From NCBI GenBank assembly GCA_030704615.1, contig CM060732.1, positions 55,676,001-55,740,000 of the forward strand: 64,000 nucleotides of DNA, in the 5' to 3' direction. The number at the start of each line of letters is the position of its first letter. Position 1 is the first letter of the stretch. The DNA is from Takakia lepidozioides. Its lineage: Eukaryota > Plantae > Bryophyta. Below, piece after piece: positions 22,801 to 37,989 of the stretch. The translations under genes were made by a program, and so were the position numbers. The notes below the pieces were generated by a model. The model saw only the letters and a program-made list of their open reading frames with translations, was not told the DNA's origin and did no database searches.

Positions 22801-25800
22801 CTGCTGCCACCTTTCTCTGCTGAACCTGGCATTGCCTGAAAGTCATCCGACGATCCGTCTTGCAGCTCGACATCCTGACGATAGACAGAAGGACTAAGAG
22901 TTTTAGAGTCCCATCATACAATACCAGGTTGCTTACCAGTTCAACTGGTATATTCTTAAACAGAGAACCTTTAAGAATGTGCTGCCGTCTTTGGCCTTCC
23001 AAAAAAATCCACTATCATTTATTGAGAGGAAAGATCTGTGTACCCTTAAGGCCAACACTTCAAAAGACAAAAGCTGAATATCCTACTGAATATTACTCAT
23101 AGTCTCGTCCTCATATATCGGATAATCACTTCAGCCATCGTTTATGATGACAAATTAACGGCGTGCCATGAGTGCATACAATTCTACTCTGACGCAAGGG
23201 TCTGGAACTGATGGAGTGATTGTACCTGAGCTTGGATTGAGACCCGAGCTTTGACCATCTCTGTGACTTCACGCTTGATATCCTGTAACCGCCCTTCCTT
23301 CTCTTGCTTGGCTGACAGCCCTAGCTCCACCATTTCCTTCAAGTTTCTCTGCATCCATAGAGGTGTACCATTGGCATGCAATATTCTTGCAAGCGTATGA
23401 TACTCAGACTGTTCCAGAGCAGGCTACAGGCCCTCAAAATTGCCATAACCACTATTGTAGCCAAGCAATCTACGAATGAAACACAGCAGAACAACTTGAA
23501 TAGGAGCATGATTTGGCGTGTACCTTAAGTGTTGGAAGGCGCATAACATGCCCCAAAATTCCCATCAATCGCTCCACCAGCTCATCTGGAACTTTGCCTT
23601 GTTTAGCCTGATACTTTTACGCACAGACACATGTACATCAATCTCCCTTCAAGAGGACCAATTCACCAGAAAAGGACATGTACAAGCTCAACATAATATC
23701 TCTTCTAAGCCCACAGAAAGAATAAAGACACTAGATTATCAAACCAGAAAGCAATTCTAAGGATTGCTTCCTTTTCTTTGCTTTAGTCTGGAAGTCTGTC
23801 CTGGGTCCCAACTGAGATACAGGAGGGCTGGGTGCAAAGTCTGAAACTTCCATGCACTTGAGTCAGCAAACCAGGGAGGTCGGGTCTTCTCTTCCCTCCA
23901 GTGAATGCTACCTGCTGTGGACCGAGAATGAGACTAAGAATCTAAGGTTGGCAATACACTTGCAAGCAACCCAGACATCAATTCTAGCATTCTTGCACTA
24001 CATCACACAACACAGCTTAGTGCATTGTAGTCACAGCCCACACACAATGACAACCACACAGGAGGGTGACAGTGCAAACGTACGGCAAGCCTTGCAACCT
24101 TTGCAAGCCTCTGCTTCACATCACGTGGCAAGCGCTTAACCTTTCCTCCAGACTGTGATGGAGGCTCAGGTTCTTCTCCATCTGTCATTGGTGGGCAACC
24201 TGCCACACAATCCTCAAATCATATCAAACAAAATCCACAGGCATGTGACTCAACAAATATTGAAAATGGTCCGTTTCCAGGCCACATTCAGAGGTATGGG
24301 ACAAAAAGATAAAGATAAAGATATTAAAAGTGACACTGGATGTGAAGAGGCGTCTTCCTCGTCTGGGAAAAACTATATGCTTCAAAAAGTTAGGTCTGAA
24401 ACATACATAGGGTTACACCTCTCTCCAAATCCTGGATTGCTCTCTCCAGCACAGTGCCCTTGGGCCATCCTGCCCGTTTTGGGCTAACCTCCTTTGGACC
24501 TGGTGATGCTGATTTCTGCTCCCACATTAGAACCCCCAAGAGTCACAAATCTCGTCAATCTCTTGAGGTGCAACATGTACAACTAACATATGAAGGGAAG
24601 TACTGCTTTCAGTGTTCACTGGACCGTACTCGTCAACCTGGCTCTTACAATCAGATCTGCCCAATGGACATTGCAGTATTCTCTGTCAAGGTTGCCATCT
24701 ATACATGCTTGTATTTACTCCTGTCAGTAACACTCACAGAGGCTATCAGAAGTCGTAACACGTGATGTGAGCAAATATTGACACGCATTACTTACAGTTG
24801 AAATTTTGCCAACAGTTCCATCGGAGTCCCTAGTGTCCTCATCCCTGGCTGAGTTTTGTGCCACATTCACCTTCATCAAGTTCGGTGACCCTAGCACAAT
24901 TCCTTTCGAGTCCCTCGCTGAATCCTTCCTCTGTTTGTTTACCTCCAATCTCTGTGGGCTACCCATGTCCTCAGCTGTGATGGCCTGGGGTTCCTTTGCT
25001 CCAAGAGTCCTCTCAGCCTTTCTTGTGTTTCCAACACTATTGTCAACATGGACGCGTGGACTCCCATCTTGGTGATGATGATAAGCCTCTGTAACACGGA
25101 CCTTATTCAGTGCTGATAAAACCCTGCTAGATCCATCTTTCTTGCTGTTCTCAGCCTTGGGGCCAACTTCCTTCATCTCCTTCGCCCTTTTGTGACTGTG
25201 AGATATACCCAGATCCAGTTTTACACCATGCTTCTCACTGTCACAGTCCTCTTTTGGGTCCCTCGAGTTCTTGTTAGTCAGAGCTTGTTCATTGGCTATG
25301 GCTGTCTGAACTCCATCAGAGGGCCCAGGATCAACACTGACAGAAAGTGGGAACTGTCTTGCTGCAGCTTTCATCCGGACCCCCATCATCTTCAAACGTT
25401 TCTTTCCCTCCTCCACTTTTTTCTCAACAACAGGGTTCTTAATTTCCTTGCGTTTCCTTTTCTTGGGGATTACCACAGGGGCAGGAGGAGTCTCAATTCT
25501 GATTGGACAACATCCCAGAACATCAGAGTATGTCATGAAAACACAAAAACACATTCTCTTCTTGAAGGGCTTTCTAGAGGATATCTGGAAAACCTGAACT
25601 AATTGTCTCTATCAAGGTAAATCACACTAGTGGAGTGAGCCCCTCACAAAGGTAGGATCTGTTCCCTTTTGTTCTGCCCAAACTGGATGTGGGGACTATG
25701 GCCACAAGGCTACGGCAAACGTCTGATGAGTACATTCTCTCTCGTCTTTCAGTCACAGCTGCATTCATTATTTTTCTTCTTGACCAACAACCTCCACAAT

Positions 25801-28386
25801 TTGTGCAGTGGAGTTAGTATCAACTACATGACTGTTGATAAAGATGAGTCAGTGGCACTCCTAACGACCAGCCACTTGGCTCTAAAAGTAACATCAATGG
25901 CAGGAGTGCCACTTGTGGCTCTCTCTCTCTAGGCTCACGAGTACATTCTGTCTCCAAACTACGGCAAACAACTTATGAGTACACTCACTCTCTCTATCTC
26001 TGTAAGTCCCACTACTGGAGTGAGCCCCTCACAAAGGTCGTGTTTGGCCCAAACTGGGTGCGCAGGGTCTATTGCCACAAGGAAACAATGTGTTATGAGT
26101 ACATTCTCTCTCTCTCTCAGAGCTGACATAACCAACTTAATTTTATCCATCTTTCAATAAAATGTGAGTCTCTAGAAGCCAACATACATCACCAGCACAG
26201 CCTGAGCCAATTCTGGACTATTGTAAGCCTAAAGAAAGAGAAGAGGCTTACACTTTCTCCAGCACCCCTCTGTTGATAAAAAAGCCAGTGTGTTTTGTCC
26301 TTGCCTTTTCCACCAGGAAGTACTCATTCTACAACACCCCAATAAAAGCAAGTTAAGCAATAGGTGAAGTCTGCTGGCCCAAAAATAATGATACATCAAA
26401 CTCATGGGAGTGGAATTAGGTGGCCCTGGTACGAGAAATAAGAAGCAATAAAGGGGAGAGGGGATTGATATATAAAAGATGGACAACTGTATTAACGCAT
26501 GCAATTTTGAAGAATCACTCCAAGGCCAGAAACATGATAAAAATTGACTTGAAGAAAGTAGTATACCAGCTCTGTATCATCAATGAAAGGGTCATCAGTA
26601 TCATACTGATCCTCGTCTGGCACACCCTCTTCATTGTCATCGTCACTGTCCACTCCCTACCATGGTTGCACCCCACCATAAGCAAACATAAGAACTGCAA
26701 TGTACCAGACTTACACAGACCTTTGGGTTGTATGTCATCACCTCTGCCCTACCATGGCTCAGAGGCAAAGGGAATTACATATGGTTGGAGATATGAGGTT
26801 AATTCCTATGGCCATCCAACAAATGGGTTAAACATGTAAATGTAAATGTAAATGATGCAACCACGTCCTGTCAGTTTACTTGTTAGTTTCCAATGTCACA
26901 CCTGCCTGGCCAATGTAGAAATCGGAAACCAGCCACAACAGAATTTGTGTGAAACATGCAAACTGCCACGATTTTTATTTATGGCTCTGCTTTGGAATAA
27001 TATGATTGTGCATAAACCTTCCAATGTTGCTCCCTTAATCCATTCATCTATCCCCTCCACAAAGGCAGAATACCAGAAGTAGACAATGCCAGCACCCTTG
27101 AGATACTTCGGCAGTACATATTGCTGCCTGGAAGAGTGTCAGTATGGTTGCTACCAGGAGTTAAATCTCGCTGCCATCCAATAGAATCCTATGGCTTGAA
27201 GAGTGGTTTTTTTTTCCCATTACCTCCACTCCTCCATATGAAAGAGGAGAGACAGTAAACAGTTTTACATCATCCCTTCTAAACAGAAAGGCTGAGAAAA
27301 TGCCACAACCCACCCAATCCTCCACCACTGCATTCTGCTGCATAAGTTGCAAATTCCTTGCACCAACACCCAGGTGTACAGTTGAAGGGGTCAATAATCG
27401 AACAGGTGGAGTTGGAAGCACCTTATAGAGACGCTCAATCTTCTCAATCACTGAACTGAAACGATTGGGAGGAGGTGGGATCGGATCCTCATTCTCGACT
27501 GCAACAACTGTGCCCATCTGTAACAGTCCAACCAGTTGCCCATCAACAACATGTAGCAAGGGAAATACCCGGCAACCAAATAGTGTACCACTGCAAGACC
27601 TAAAACGACCAAAACTCTTTTCTATCTCTTGTGGGAGATGACCTGGGAATAACTGTCATCTCTCCAAACAATGCCTTAATATTCCAGTCAGTCTAAATAA
27701 GCAACTCGACCTTCATTATGCGTCAGGTGTAGACGGTAGACATCAAATGAGTTGAACAGTTCTCCCACTGTGGATGATTTTCTCACGCATATACGAACAA
27801 GGATTCTTTCCATGTAGCTTATTTTGTAGAACTGCCTTGTAGTTCCGAGATCCTTTTAGCCAAATGAGACCAATGAAAGATGCCCACACCATTGACAAAC
27901 CCATAGGAGAGAAGTCATTTGGAGGTTATTCTTGAAACACATCCATGGCCATAATCGAAAGGTCCTTTACCTGATTTGGTCTCCTTATATTGATGAGCCT
28001 AATCCTGGCTCATGTTTAAGGTTGAACTAACCCTTGCAATGGGTCAATATCTTTCATGCTAGAGCACTAATTCTTTAACTATACATCAGCACTCTGTAAG
28101 AGCCGAGAACTACCTCGGGGGCAATTCGTGCTTCCAATGCAGGATTGGCACCAGCAGGAGCGCTGGAGGCTGGGGGTATGCTCTTCTGTGCCTCCCTCTG
28201 CAGCTTCCTCCATGACACAACAGTAGTATCGCCGTCCTTCAGCTCCACAAAATATCTCTGCCTGGCAGGCATAGCTGTGCTCTGGAACGGGACCGTAGTA
28301 GTACTTGCCCCACTTGGAAATGGAGCCATGAAAAGACCGCCGTCCTGCATCTTCGACTTCTCGGCGGTAATAACTGTACCACTCAT
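19813..28386 (-). CDS. UBN: Ubinuclein-like (HIRA-complex histone H3.3 chaperone subunit), multi-exon
   Basis: GT-AG bounded exons include 28114-28386 (RYFVELKDGDTTVVSWRKL...ANPALEARIAPE), 27422-27517 (NRFSSVIEKIERLYK), 26567-26656 (DQYDTDDPFIDDTEL, HRD motif), 26252-26328 (GFFINRG), 24796-25498, ~24080-24198 (KRLPRDVKQRLAKVARLA), ~23229-23350, ~22735-22955 (KYKWDHATEDRLCDLY), ~22280-22335 (GPQIRKLY), ~21929-22030 (LAELWPEGWMDN) and terminal exon 19813-20379. Confidence 0.9.
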
Positions 28387-30289
28387 AAGACTGTCACCAC
28401 CATTGCAAGTTCTCTTGTCCCCACACGAGACAACAATCGCTCGCCTCCCTCGTGGTCACCCCTACCGGTTGAGTAACACCCACCCCTCTTCCTGCTGCAT
28501 GTTGCAAAGAATTTCGTCCACTCCGTTGACAATTGATCCACTACTCGTCATAAATGTACGCCATTGTCTGCCAAACCCTAAATACCACTATACTGTTTGC
28601 ACCTACAAAGGGAGGCAACGGGAGGAGAAAGAGACGCATAGTAAGAGCCCCAACAAACCCAATCTACTGAGCAGTTTGGCTTTTGCTACAAAATCCTGCG
28701 GGCGGAAACTCAAGGCCGAAAATAAAAAACCTTCAGGTACCCTTCACACAGAAAAGACCCAACCTTGTTCACGTAAGTAAAAGCAGTGCACAGCCCAGTC
28801 AGATGGTCGCAACCACAGCCTCAAAAAGCCTCTTATACTACTCAAACCCCGACTACCGAAATGGGTCTACGAACGAGTCTACATCATCCAATGCATTTCC
28901 ACAACGCTGCACTCCGTGAAACCATTCCCGAATGTCTCCAAGCTTGCCAGTTTCGATCACCACACCATCAGATCTTCGTCACCTCCACCCCAGAAACGAC
29001 CTCAATCGCTCATAGACAAACGCAGATTGCCAAACAACCCCACATCAGGTCATCACATGCCCTGGGGAGGAAGAAACACCCGCAACGCATAAATTACCGC
29101 AGAAACCTCCATACTCAGAATTGTTTCCCAAATCCATGAAAACCCGTCACCACACCATCGGATCCCTGCCCGACCTTTCCTTGAAACGACAGCAAGACGG
29201 TGTGGAGGGGGCGCTGGGGGCACGGAGAGCGAGGGCGGCCACACAAACAAGGCTGCACAAACAGAGTGTGCGCAGATCTTCCAAAGCACCGCGTGCAATG
29301 CTCATGAATGTATGGCGCCAAAGGGCAGTTAGCCCGGCGATACTCCCTCTCTGCTATCGCCACCCTCTCTCGCACACACCTCCTGTTTCGCCACCCACAC
29401 ACTCTCCCTACTTATCAACACACTTTTGCTAATTTCTTTGCTAATCTTGGATCCTTTTTTTGGTTCTTTTGCTGGTTTTGTGATCCTTTGCTGCTATTTC
29501 ATGTTTTCTTCTCTCTCTTTTTCAGGACAAAAAATCCCTTCTTGAAGGTGAAGGAGGCTGGTAGCTCGCGCGGCCGAGCCTCTTTCAATGTGAGCCTGCA
29601 AGGTGCGGATCTTTCAATTTGTATGTGCGAGACGAACAGTTTGATTAGAGTCTCGAGATATGCGGAGTTGGCATTGCTCTTTAGCTTTGCCTTGCCTTGA
29701 AGATAGATGAAAATTTAGAGGAGTTGGGGTGTCGGCATTGTTCTTTTGTTTTGCCTTGCCTTGAAGATGCGTGGAAATTTAGACTAGTTGGGTTAATAGC
29801 CTGCTGGACATGAGTGAAGGATTGGGTTCTGCAAAGTCTAGAAGGTTCTGCAAAATCTGCTACACCAGGTTTAGTGATCAATTAGCCGCGAATTAAGAAT
29901 GTGCGATAAGTAGGCAATAACATGCTCCTGAGTATGACAATGAGAGTGATCAGGGTTGCAATTATCAACAGTGCCTTGATACAATAATAGAATTGCCATA
30001 AATTATAAACCCATATGGAAATGTAAGTTGCTTTTGATCAAAATCTTTGAGTAAAGCTTTATCTGAGAAGCAATGGTACTAAGTACTAAGCTTAGTCTGT
30101 CTTTTGTAGGACACTAGGAATAATGTAAGAACTTAATGCACGGTACTTTCGCCGGATACTGGCAGCCTGGGCTCCTCAGACGGGGCTGTCAAGTCCTCCC
30201 CACCCCCTCTAACCTCGGTTTGGCTATTAAATTCAAGGGACCACTCAAGGTAGGGGACTAGTTTTAGTGGAGAGCAGGAATAAGGTGCC

Positions 30290-33200
30290 AAGTGCCACAT
30301 CATCATCAGCAACATCATTGCCATCATTTGTTTAAAGCTGCCCGGACTGTCATAAAAAACCATACAAATATAAAATAGAAAAGACGCCATCTCTATCATG
30401 TCATCGTCGCCACGTTTTGAAGGCCACGTCATCACGTACATTCTTGAAGCTGCCCGGATTGCCTGAAAAAATGAAAACAAATGAATTATGAAGATCATTT
30501 CTGTCAAATCTGTTTTTTTCTTTTTTTCTTTCTCTTTTCTTTTCTTCACATATTCAGTAAGTGTTATAGCAGCCTCTCATTTTTTAATAATAGGGTCATG
30601 AATGCACGGGCCCTGCCAGTACGGCCCGTAGGGTGAGCTCATAAGTCCATTGCCCATTCACCGGGTCGGCGAGATTTTGAAATTTTTCTAAGCCCTTGTT
30701 CATCTACAGTGGCGGACCTTCTAGCGGACTTGACACACCCTCCAAGAGACCAACTCCAACCTTCTAACTCTCCAACCCCCCTCCAACAGACCGGCAAACC
30801 CTTCGACAAAATATATATTTAATAACACACATTACTACCCAACAGGATTCGAACATCAAACTCATGCTTATTATTAGTAGCTCTTTAACCACCACATTAC
30901 CTGCTGCTTTCAGCATACCATTGCAGTAACTAATGCTTTATGTGCATATTGTGGGCCCCAGCAGACTAGCTCATGTGTTTTATGGCCCCAATAGACCAGC
31001 TTGCCGGACAGATCCAACAGCAGACTGGCGGGTCTGGTAGGGGCACTCCTACCCTCCGCCACCCCCTCTTGCCACAACTTTAATTTGGTGGAAAGCACGT
31101 TTCAGTTCACTAATATTTCACGATAGTACATGTAAATATGATAATGGTAATAGCTAATGAAATGTGAAAATTCTTAATATTGAAATTTTATCTCTGGTCT
31201 ATATTTTAAACAGCTAAATACGTATATTTATTAATATATTATCATTACACATCAGTAAAATCAAATAAGTTCATATTATATATAAATTGAATATCAACAC
31301 CATTAATACATCCACAAATATTATTATTGCAAAAATAACAAAACAATGCCAAAACTGGAGAATCCTACGAATAATGTATAAAGTTAATGCACGCGTATAA
31401 TCTCTAACAAGACGGTAGGTTATATTGAATGTTCCCCGCCCTCCTTAATAATGACATGAAACTGAAGGGAGTGAAACTTCAGTCCGGGTGACAGTAGGTT
31501 ACAGAATAGACAGTCAGGGTTACATGGTGGGGAGTAGCTCCACTTGTAACTATGTTTAATATGGAGTAAGATGAGTTACACAATTAGTGTACAAGCCAAG
31601 GGTGACATTATCATCAATCAAGAATCAAACCTTCCACCTCATCGCCTCCATTACTCATCATTCATTGTCTGATAATCTGTCGCATTCTAAAGTGTTTAAT
31701 AGTGATACCGCGAAAAGGTAAGGTGGGGAAGATTTGATAGGGAACCTGCCAGAGGAGCCCTAAATCTGGCGAAAATACACCTATGTTATGTTTTTACATT
31801 GTTCCTCATGTTTTTTTTGCATAAAATTCTAGTGATGACTGAAGGTTGGAGACTAGTTTTAGTGTAAAGTAGAAATATAGTTACCATAGTGCCACACCAT
31901 CGTCATGCTAGGTCATTGCCGTCATTTGTTCAAAGCTGCCTGGACTGCCCGAAATTTTATAAAAATTAAAAAATTAAAAAGACGTCATCTATGCCACGTG
32001 TCGCCACATTTTCAAGGCCACATCATCAACGTATAAATACTTGAAGCTGCCTATATTTCTCAAGAAAAAAAAAACTGAAGTATGAAAATTATTTTTGTCA
32101 AATCTGCTCTAATCTTTCTTTCTTTCATGTCATATTCAGTAAATGTTATAGCACTTCCAAATATTGTTTTGATTTGGTGGTAAGCATGTTCCAATTTACT
32201 AATATTTTAGGATAGTATATGTAATTTTGATAATGGTAAGTACTAATGAAATGGGAAAACTCTTAATATTGAGTTTTTGTCTCTTGTCTACATTTTGAAT
32301 AGCTAAAACTGTAGATCTATTAGTATATTATAATTACACATCAATAAAATCGAATTGTAATACACTTCCTCATTACAGTGTAATTAGGCGACGTGGTCTG
32401 CTTCCCTTCCCTGTCAAATCGAACTGTGCACTGTAATGAGGAAGATTTGAGGGGGAAGGGAAGCAGACCACGTCGCCTAAATTTGGCGAAAGTACCATCA
32501 GATCAAATGCCTATGTTATATTTTTACTGTTCATTGTTCATATTGTTTTTTTTGCATAAAATGTATTTCTTATCAAAAGTATCATTGTTCTCATAAGTCG
32601 TCACTAGTAGTGTGGTGCAATGTGTAGCCCTAATATATTTCCAATCAAAAGGAACATTGTGCTCAGAAGGGCCTGTTAATGCGGCGCAAGTAGCCCTAGT
32701 TCTAGTGTGGAGCAGAAATAGGGTGCCATAGAGCCACATCATTGTCATTGTCACCACGTCATCTTCAATCACGTCATTGCCGTCATTGTTTATAGCTGCT
32801 TGGACTGCCTTAAAAAAATTTATAAGTAAAAAATAAAAGATGTCATCTCTGCCATGTCATTGTCGCCACGTTTTGGAGGCCACGTCGTCAACGTACATTC
32901 TTGAAGCTGCCCAAATTGCCCAAAAAAGAAAACTGAATTATGTTTGAAATCCTTTTTGTCAAATCTGCTCTAACATTTATTTTTTATTTTTTTGTTTGTT
33001 CATATATTCAATGTAAATATTATAGCACTTTTAAATATTCCTTTTATTTCGTGGTAAGCACGTTTCAATTTACTAATATGTTATGATAACACATGTAAAT
33101 ATGATAATGGTAATAGCTAATGAAATGTTAAAACTCTTACTGTTAAATTTTCGTCTCTTGTCTATATTTTGGATAGTTAAAATTTGTAGATCTACTAATA

Positions 33201-33950
33201 TATTATGACTACACATCAATAAAATCAAACAAATTCATATTGAAAAGAAATGAATATCAACATCATTAATACATCCAAAATATTCTTACCGTAAAAATAT
33301 GAAACAACGCATAACATGGAATAATGTATGAAGTTAATGCCCGCTTGCAATCTCTCATAAGAGGGTAGGCTAGGCTGGTCTCCAACATATGAATGTTCCA
33401 AACCATCTCTTGAGAATAGCGTTAGTAGTGGTGACAGTGGCAGAGATGGGATGTCGGGGCTTACAGAGTGGATAGTGTAACCCCACTTGGGATTACAGGG
33501 CGGGAAATGTAACTCCACTCGGTGTAACTCACACTTGGTCTCAAAATTTGACTAAGTTCAAATTTGGCTAAGTTTAAAATGGACTAAGAAGAGTTACACA
33601 ATGTAGGGGATGACACAAACCATAGAAGCCAACGGTGACATTACCACCCGTTATGAATCAAACCTTTCACCTCATCGCCTCCATTACCAACACCTTACCA
33701 ATAGGCTACTCATCACTATCTGACAATCTCTTGCATTCTAAAATATTTAATAGAGAATCTGCGATAAGACAAGTGGGGAAGATCTAGGAGAGGACTTGCC
33801 AGAGGAACCCACACCGCCTACATCCGACGAAGTACCATCAAATCATATTCTTACATTGGTCCTAATGTTTTTTGCATAAAATATATTTCTAATTAAAAGG
33901 AACATTGCTCTCAGAAGTATCAATAATAGTGGGGAGCAACGCATATCCCT
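30290..33950. repeat. Cluster of 2-3 degenerate direct copies of an AT-rich non-coding element (probable non-autonomous DNA transposon)
   Basis: Shared blocks: 30300-30570 / 31890-32150 / 32730-33030; 31085-31420 / 32175-32350 / 33050-33375; 31600-31830 / 33635-33900. Confidence 0.7.
30709..31062. mobile_element. MITE-like insertion with short terminal inverted repeats
   Basis: GTGGCGGA (30709-30716) / TCCGCCAC (31055-31062). It lies within the ~500-bp stretch that interrupts one copy of the AT-rich repeat relative to its sisters. Confidence 0.5.
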
Positions 33951-35974
33951 AGTACTTACGAACCCAGGAGGGTGTTATGCAATGGCGAATATCGTGTTGG
34001 TAAGATGATTGCAATGCATGCGGTGAAATCTTGGGTTTGATTCTGCAGGGGAGGCTATTATAGTGTCACCCAGGGTATTCGCACTCCAATTGGTGTTACC
34101 CCAGTAACCTTGCGCAACATCTAACCCACATACCAGACCAACACTCTTACACACCCAGTCGTATAACCCAGTGTAATCCCAAGTGAAGTTACACTCCCTA
34201 CTCATGTGTAACCTGGTGTAACCCCGAGTGGAGTTTACACTCCTTCTGTTCCATGTCACTCTCAAGAGAGGGTGGAGAAGATTTGACATGTCGAAACAGG
34301 CGCACCATCCTCTCAGAGGTGGCAAGTGTGCATGAAGTTCTTACATTATTCCTATTATCTTCCCTTTACAACAAGGTACATTAGTTTAGGTTATTAGAAA
34401 TATCAAAACACAGTTTGATTTTGTTAATAATTTTTAATTGTTGGAATCTGGGGTCTCAAAAGTAAGTGGCTGATTACTACTTACTGGTACCATGATGCTA
34501 TCTTTATGTATTATGACCTAGGAGCTAGGTAGATATTTCAACCTTGGAGCCTCTGCTCACTGTCTATACAAATGACTCACATGTACCAGACCACTATGGC
34601 CCTAAAATTTAAAAGATAATCTCTACCCTTTCTCAAAAAAAATAAAATCTCTACCCTGCTGATAATGCAACGCAAAAGGACAAATTACAGCAAATTGTTG
34701 GGCATATGTGTTTGCAGAGCCAAGTATCTATCTTTAATAAACTCACACAACACTGAAAAAAGCAGTGCTATCATCAAAGTGCACAGAACTGCAAGTACCA
34801 AGTTTGACTCAGTTTCCACTGAACGTGTGAGAGATCTCTTGATGGAAGTAGGAGAGAGTACGCAACTCTGAATAACCTCCATACAGGTAATTCCATTCAT
34901 ACTAGTTTGTAGTGTGAACAGCGTGAGTGTGTGAGAGGGAGGGATGGAGACAGAGTCCTTCGTAGAATGTGTAAAGTTTGTGTGGGCATGTGCGAAAGAA
35001 CTTAACACTGTCTGGAAGAGTCAGAAGGCAGCTCAGAGTGCGTGGAGCAGGAGACATAATGAAGTTGTTGGTGATGATGATGGTGATGATAAGCTTGGTG
35101 ACGGCCCCACGAGAGGCATTTCAGGCTGGCCATTCACAAATATCTAGGGATGCATAGAACAAAACTCTTGCAATGATGCTTGCCTGTCTAATCTCTTCAG
35201 CCTCATTGTTTATTCCCCCTCCCCTCCTCCATCTCAGCTTATCTTTCTCTCGCACATACGACATGGGGATTGATTCCAGGCTCTAACCTGGGATCCCTGC
35301 ATCCATCCGAGCACTTTTTCGTGAACACAATGCAAACATGAGGACATGTGGACGAGTAATGAATGCTGTGGAGAACCCAGACATCTGGGTGCACGAATCA
35401 CACTGTTGTTTGATATATCTTAGTTTTTTCACAGATTCTTTGCTCGGATGGCCTCGTCCTTGTTCGTATGCACTCTTTTTCATAGAAAGCTAAACATGCA
35501 TGGCACATGTGTGATGTTCCGTGTTTGAACTTTGAACCATGACGCGAATTCTTCTTGTTGCTCTTCATCTTCGTCACCATTAGGAAAATTCCAGCTCACA
35601 TCAAACTTCTCCAAAACAGGACAGTGCATGCGAAGTTCAAGCCGGGGAATCAAATGCGGCTGTACGGCCGTGAAAGCTTCCGAATCACATTTGCTTTACG
35701 CCAAGCCTACAACAAAGCATGAGTGCGTCATCCTGATCTGTACGCTCAACCCAAAAACTAAAACATGTATGCCAACACGATATGCTTCAGTATGATTCCT
35801 CGATACTCACTAAAGGAGGATTTTCGTGATGTAAGTTACTTGCTTTGCACTGAAAAAGCCAACCCTCATAGCCAATCTTCCCAATCTTCTGACAAAAAGG
35901 ATTCCAGTACAGTCTTCCCAATCAACTTGTCCATGTCTAGGGCGGATTAAAGGAAAGAAGCCTTGAATGATCAG

Positions 35975-37500
35975 TCCAGGTGGCCTCCCCTTGCTGGCTG
36001 GCCAAGAGCCTGTTGTGTATGTTTTGGTGGTGTCTGGGAGCGCCAAGTAGGATTAAAGTGTTTTGGCCATCCGACCAAGTGACCCACAGGGCGAATGCTC
36101 CTCCCATCTTAGAGAGTCGAGAGAAGGTGGTCCTGTTGAAGCCTCGACAGCAGGCATGGGAATGCAGCAGACACTACATGAAACTGAGTGAGGATAAGGG
36201 AGGGAGTCAGGTTTCGGTAGACTTCGCAAAGGAGGACAGCAACATGACAGGGGGGCTCCTGAGAGTGGCGCTTATATGTGGTGGGCCTTCCACCGAGCGG
36301 GGAATCGCTTTGAACTCAGCTCGCTCTGTGCTTGACCATCTGCAGGTACTTTTTAGGAACGATGGGTGTAAGACTAAAAGGAACCAGCTCAATGGGACAC
36401 AATTCGTACCGAATGTACAGCTCCACACGCACTCGTCACTCCACGAGCTGCCGCGGTATGACATAGGCGAGAGATTGATAGATTGTTGATTTCTGTCGTC
36501 TTTTGATTCTAAGGATGGTGGTTTTGCAGAGAGGATGTACAGTGTCAGAGATGGAAAGACCCAAACAGCTGTGTATGCCCAATAAAGTGTTTGAATCTCG
36601 GGAGATGAAGGCGGTCTAGAGGCGACATGACAACAGCAACAAAGAACGACTCGACAAATTGGAGTAACTAAGTTGCCCACACAGAATGGGGAAATGGATG
36701 CTTGCAAGCAGGCTTCACAAATAATGCAGAAAACTTGGGAAGGACCAGGCGCTCGTTCCTACAGGAAAGTCTTGTGGCTTTGTTGGGAATATCCCTTCTC
36801 TCAGATTTACCAATTCTAAATGCTTGAATTTCACCATCATTTAGCATTGTTCAATCTGTGAGCTAACAAAAGTTGAGCATCATCGGATTTACTAATGGTT
36901 GGTTTTGCGGCCCTGCCAGTGGTGGCCCATTCTCTTTGCCACCACACACAGTTTTACAGGGCTTGTAATCTATTGAGAAGATTGGGTGTGCCAAGAACCA
37001 TGTGGCCAGAATGTGTAGCTTGGCTTTCATGCCTGAAACGGAGCTTTCCATTATCAGGTTGTTAGCTTCCTGCAACTGGTTCAGCGTTATGAAGTAGATA
37101 TAGCTTTCAGAGCTTGCACAGATTTCAGACCCAACTCAAATGGTGAAAATTGAGAATTATAGACTTTTTGTGACTTGTTGAGCTGTGCTGGATTCCACAC
37201 TATCCCTTCGCATCAGACGATCATGTAGGCTCCATTTCATCCTCTCTATTCCAGCCCCCAGCTGTCAACCCACACATCCACCCCGCGTCCCAAAAACGTA
37301 GAAACCTCAGAGAAGCGAAATTAAAAATAAATTGGTCTCGCACATGTCAGAGGCAATGAGAGCAAGTGCTGGTGGATATAGGTCATTCGGGAAAGGGCCA
37401 GGCTGATGATTTGGTAATACATTGCTATTACCTGAACCGAGAATTGCAGTTTTTGGCCATCTCTGGTACTGCTTCGGCTCCCATGCTTTATATCTGAAAT
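35975..37500 (+). pseudogene. Partial duplicate of DDL exon 1 (35975-36495) and exon 2 region (37118-37500)
   Basis: Near-identical to 50105-50612 (LRVALICGGPSTERGIALNSARSVLDHLQ) and 50625-51045. Lacks the start codon region and all downstream exons. Confidence 0.9.
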
Positions 37501-37989
37501 GAATTCGGTTTATCTGTGCCTAAAATCCTGATATATCTGGTACTCCTCTGCTGGAGATGGCAAATACAGTGACTCTGACAGTCCTTCCCATGATATTTTG
37601 ACATTCATGAGCAAGTCACTAACCTGAAGAGAGAAGTTACCCTGAAAATTTGAGCGACTGAGGTTCAATAGCTATGCAAGAGGAAGAAATAGACTTGATG
37701 AAGAAAAGCATGTGATGCTTGGACGGCACATACAGTTGGATGGAACAGACAACAGTGGGGAGAGGGTCTTGACCCTTCTGTGCGGCGGTTGGCTATGGTA
37801 AGCCCTCAAGATTGCCCTGGAGAGTGTACCCACAAAACTACCAACCCTTGCACACAGCTGACTACAGGGGATTTAAGGTTGACTTGATGCTGGCATTGAC
37901 ATCATTACAGCAAGTGCGATTTAGATGTCTGCATAGCTACAGTGGGCCTTCTACCTAGCACAGATGTGTCCAGCTGTGTGTGGCAGTCA

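Noticed and set aside
28145-28780. 211-aa plus-strand ORF
   Set aside because: Antisense to UBN exon 1 and its 5' region; no recognisable domain.
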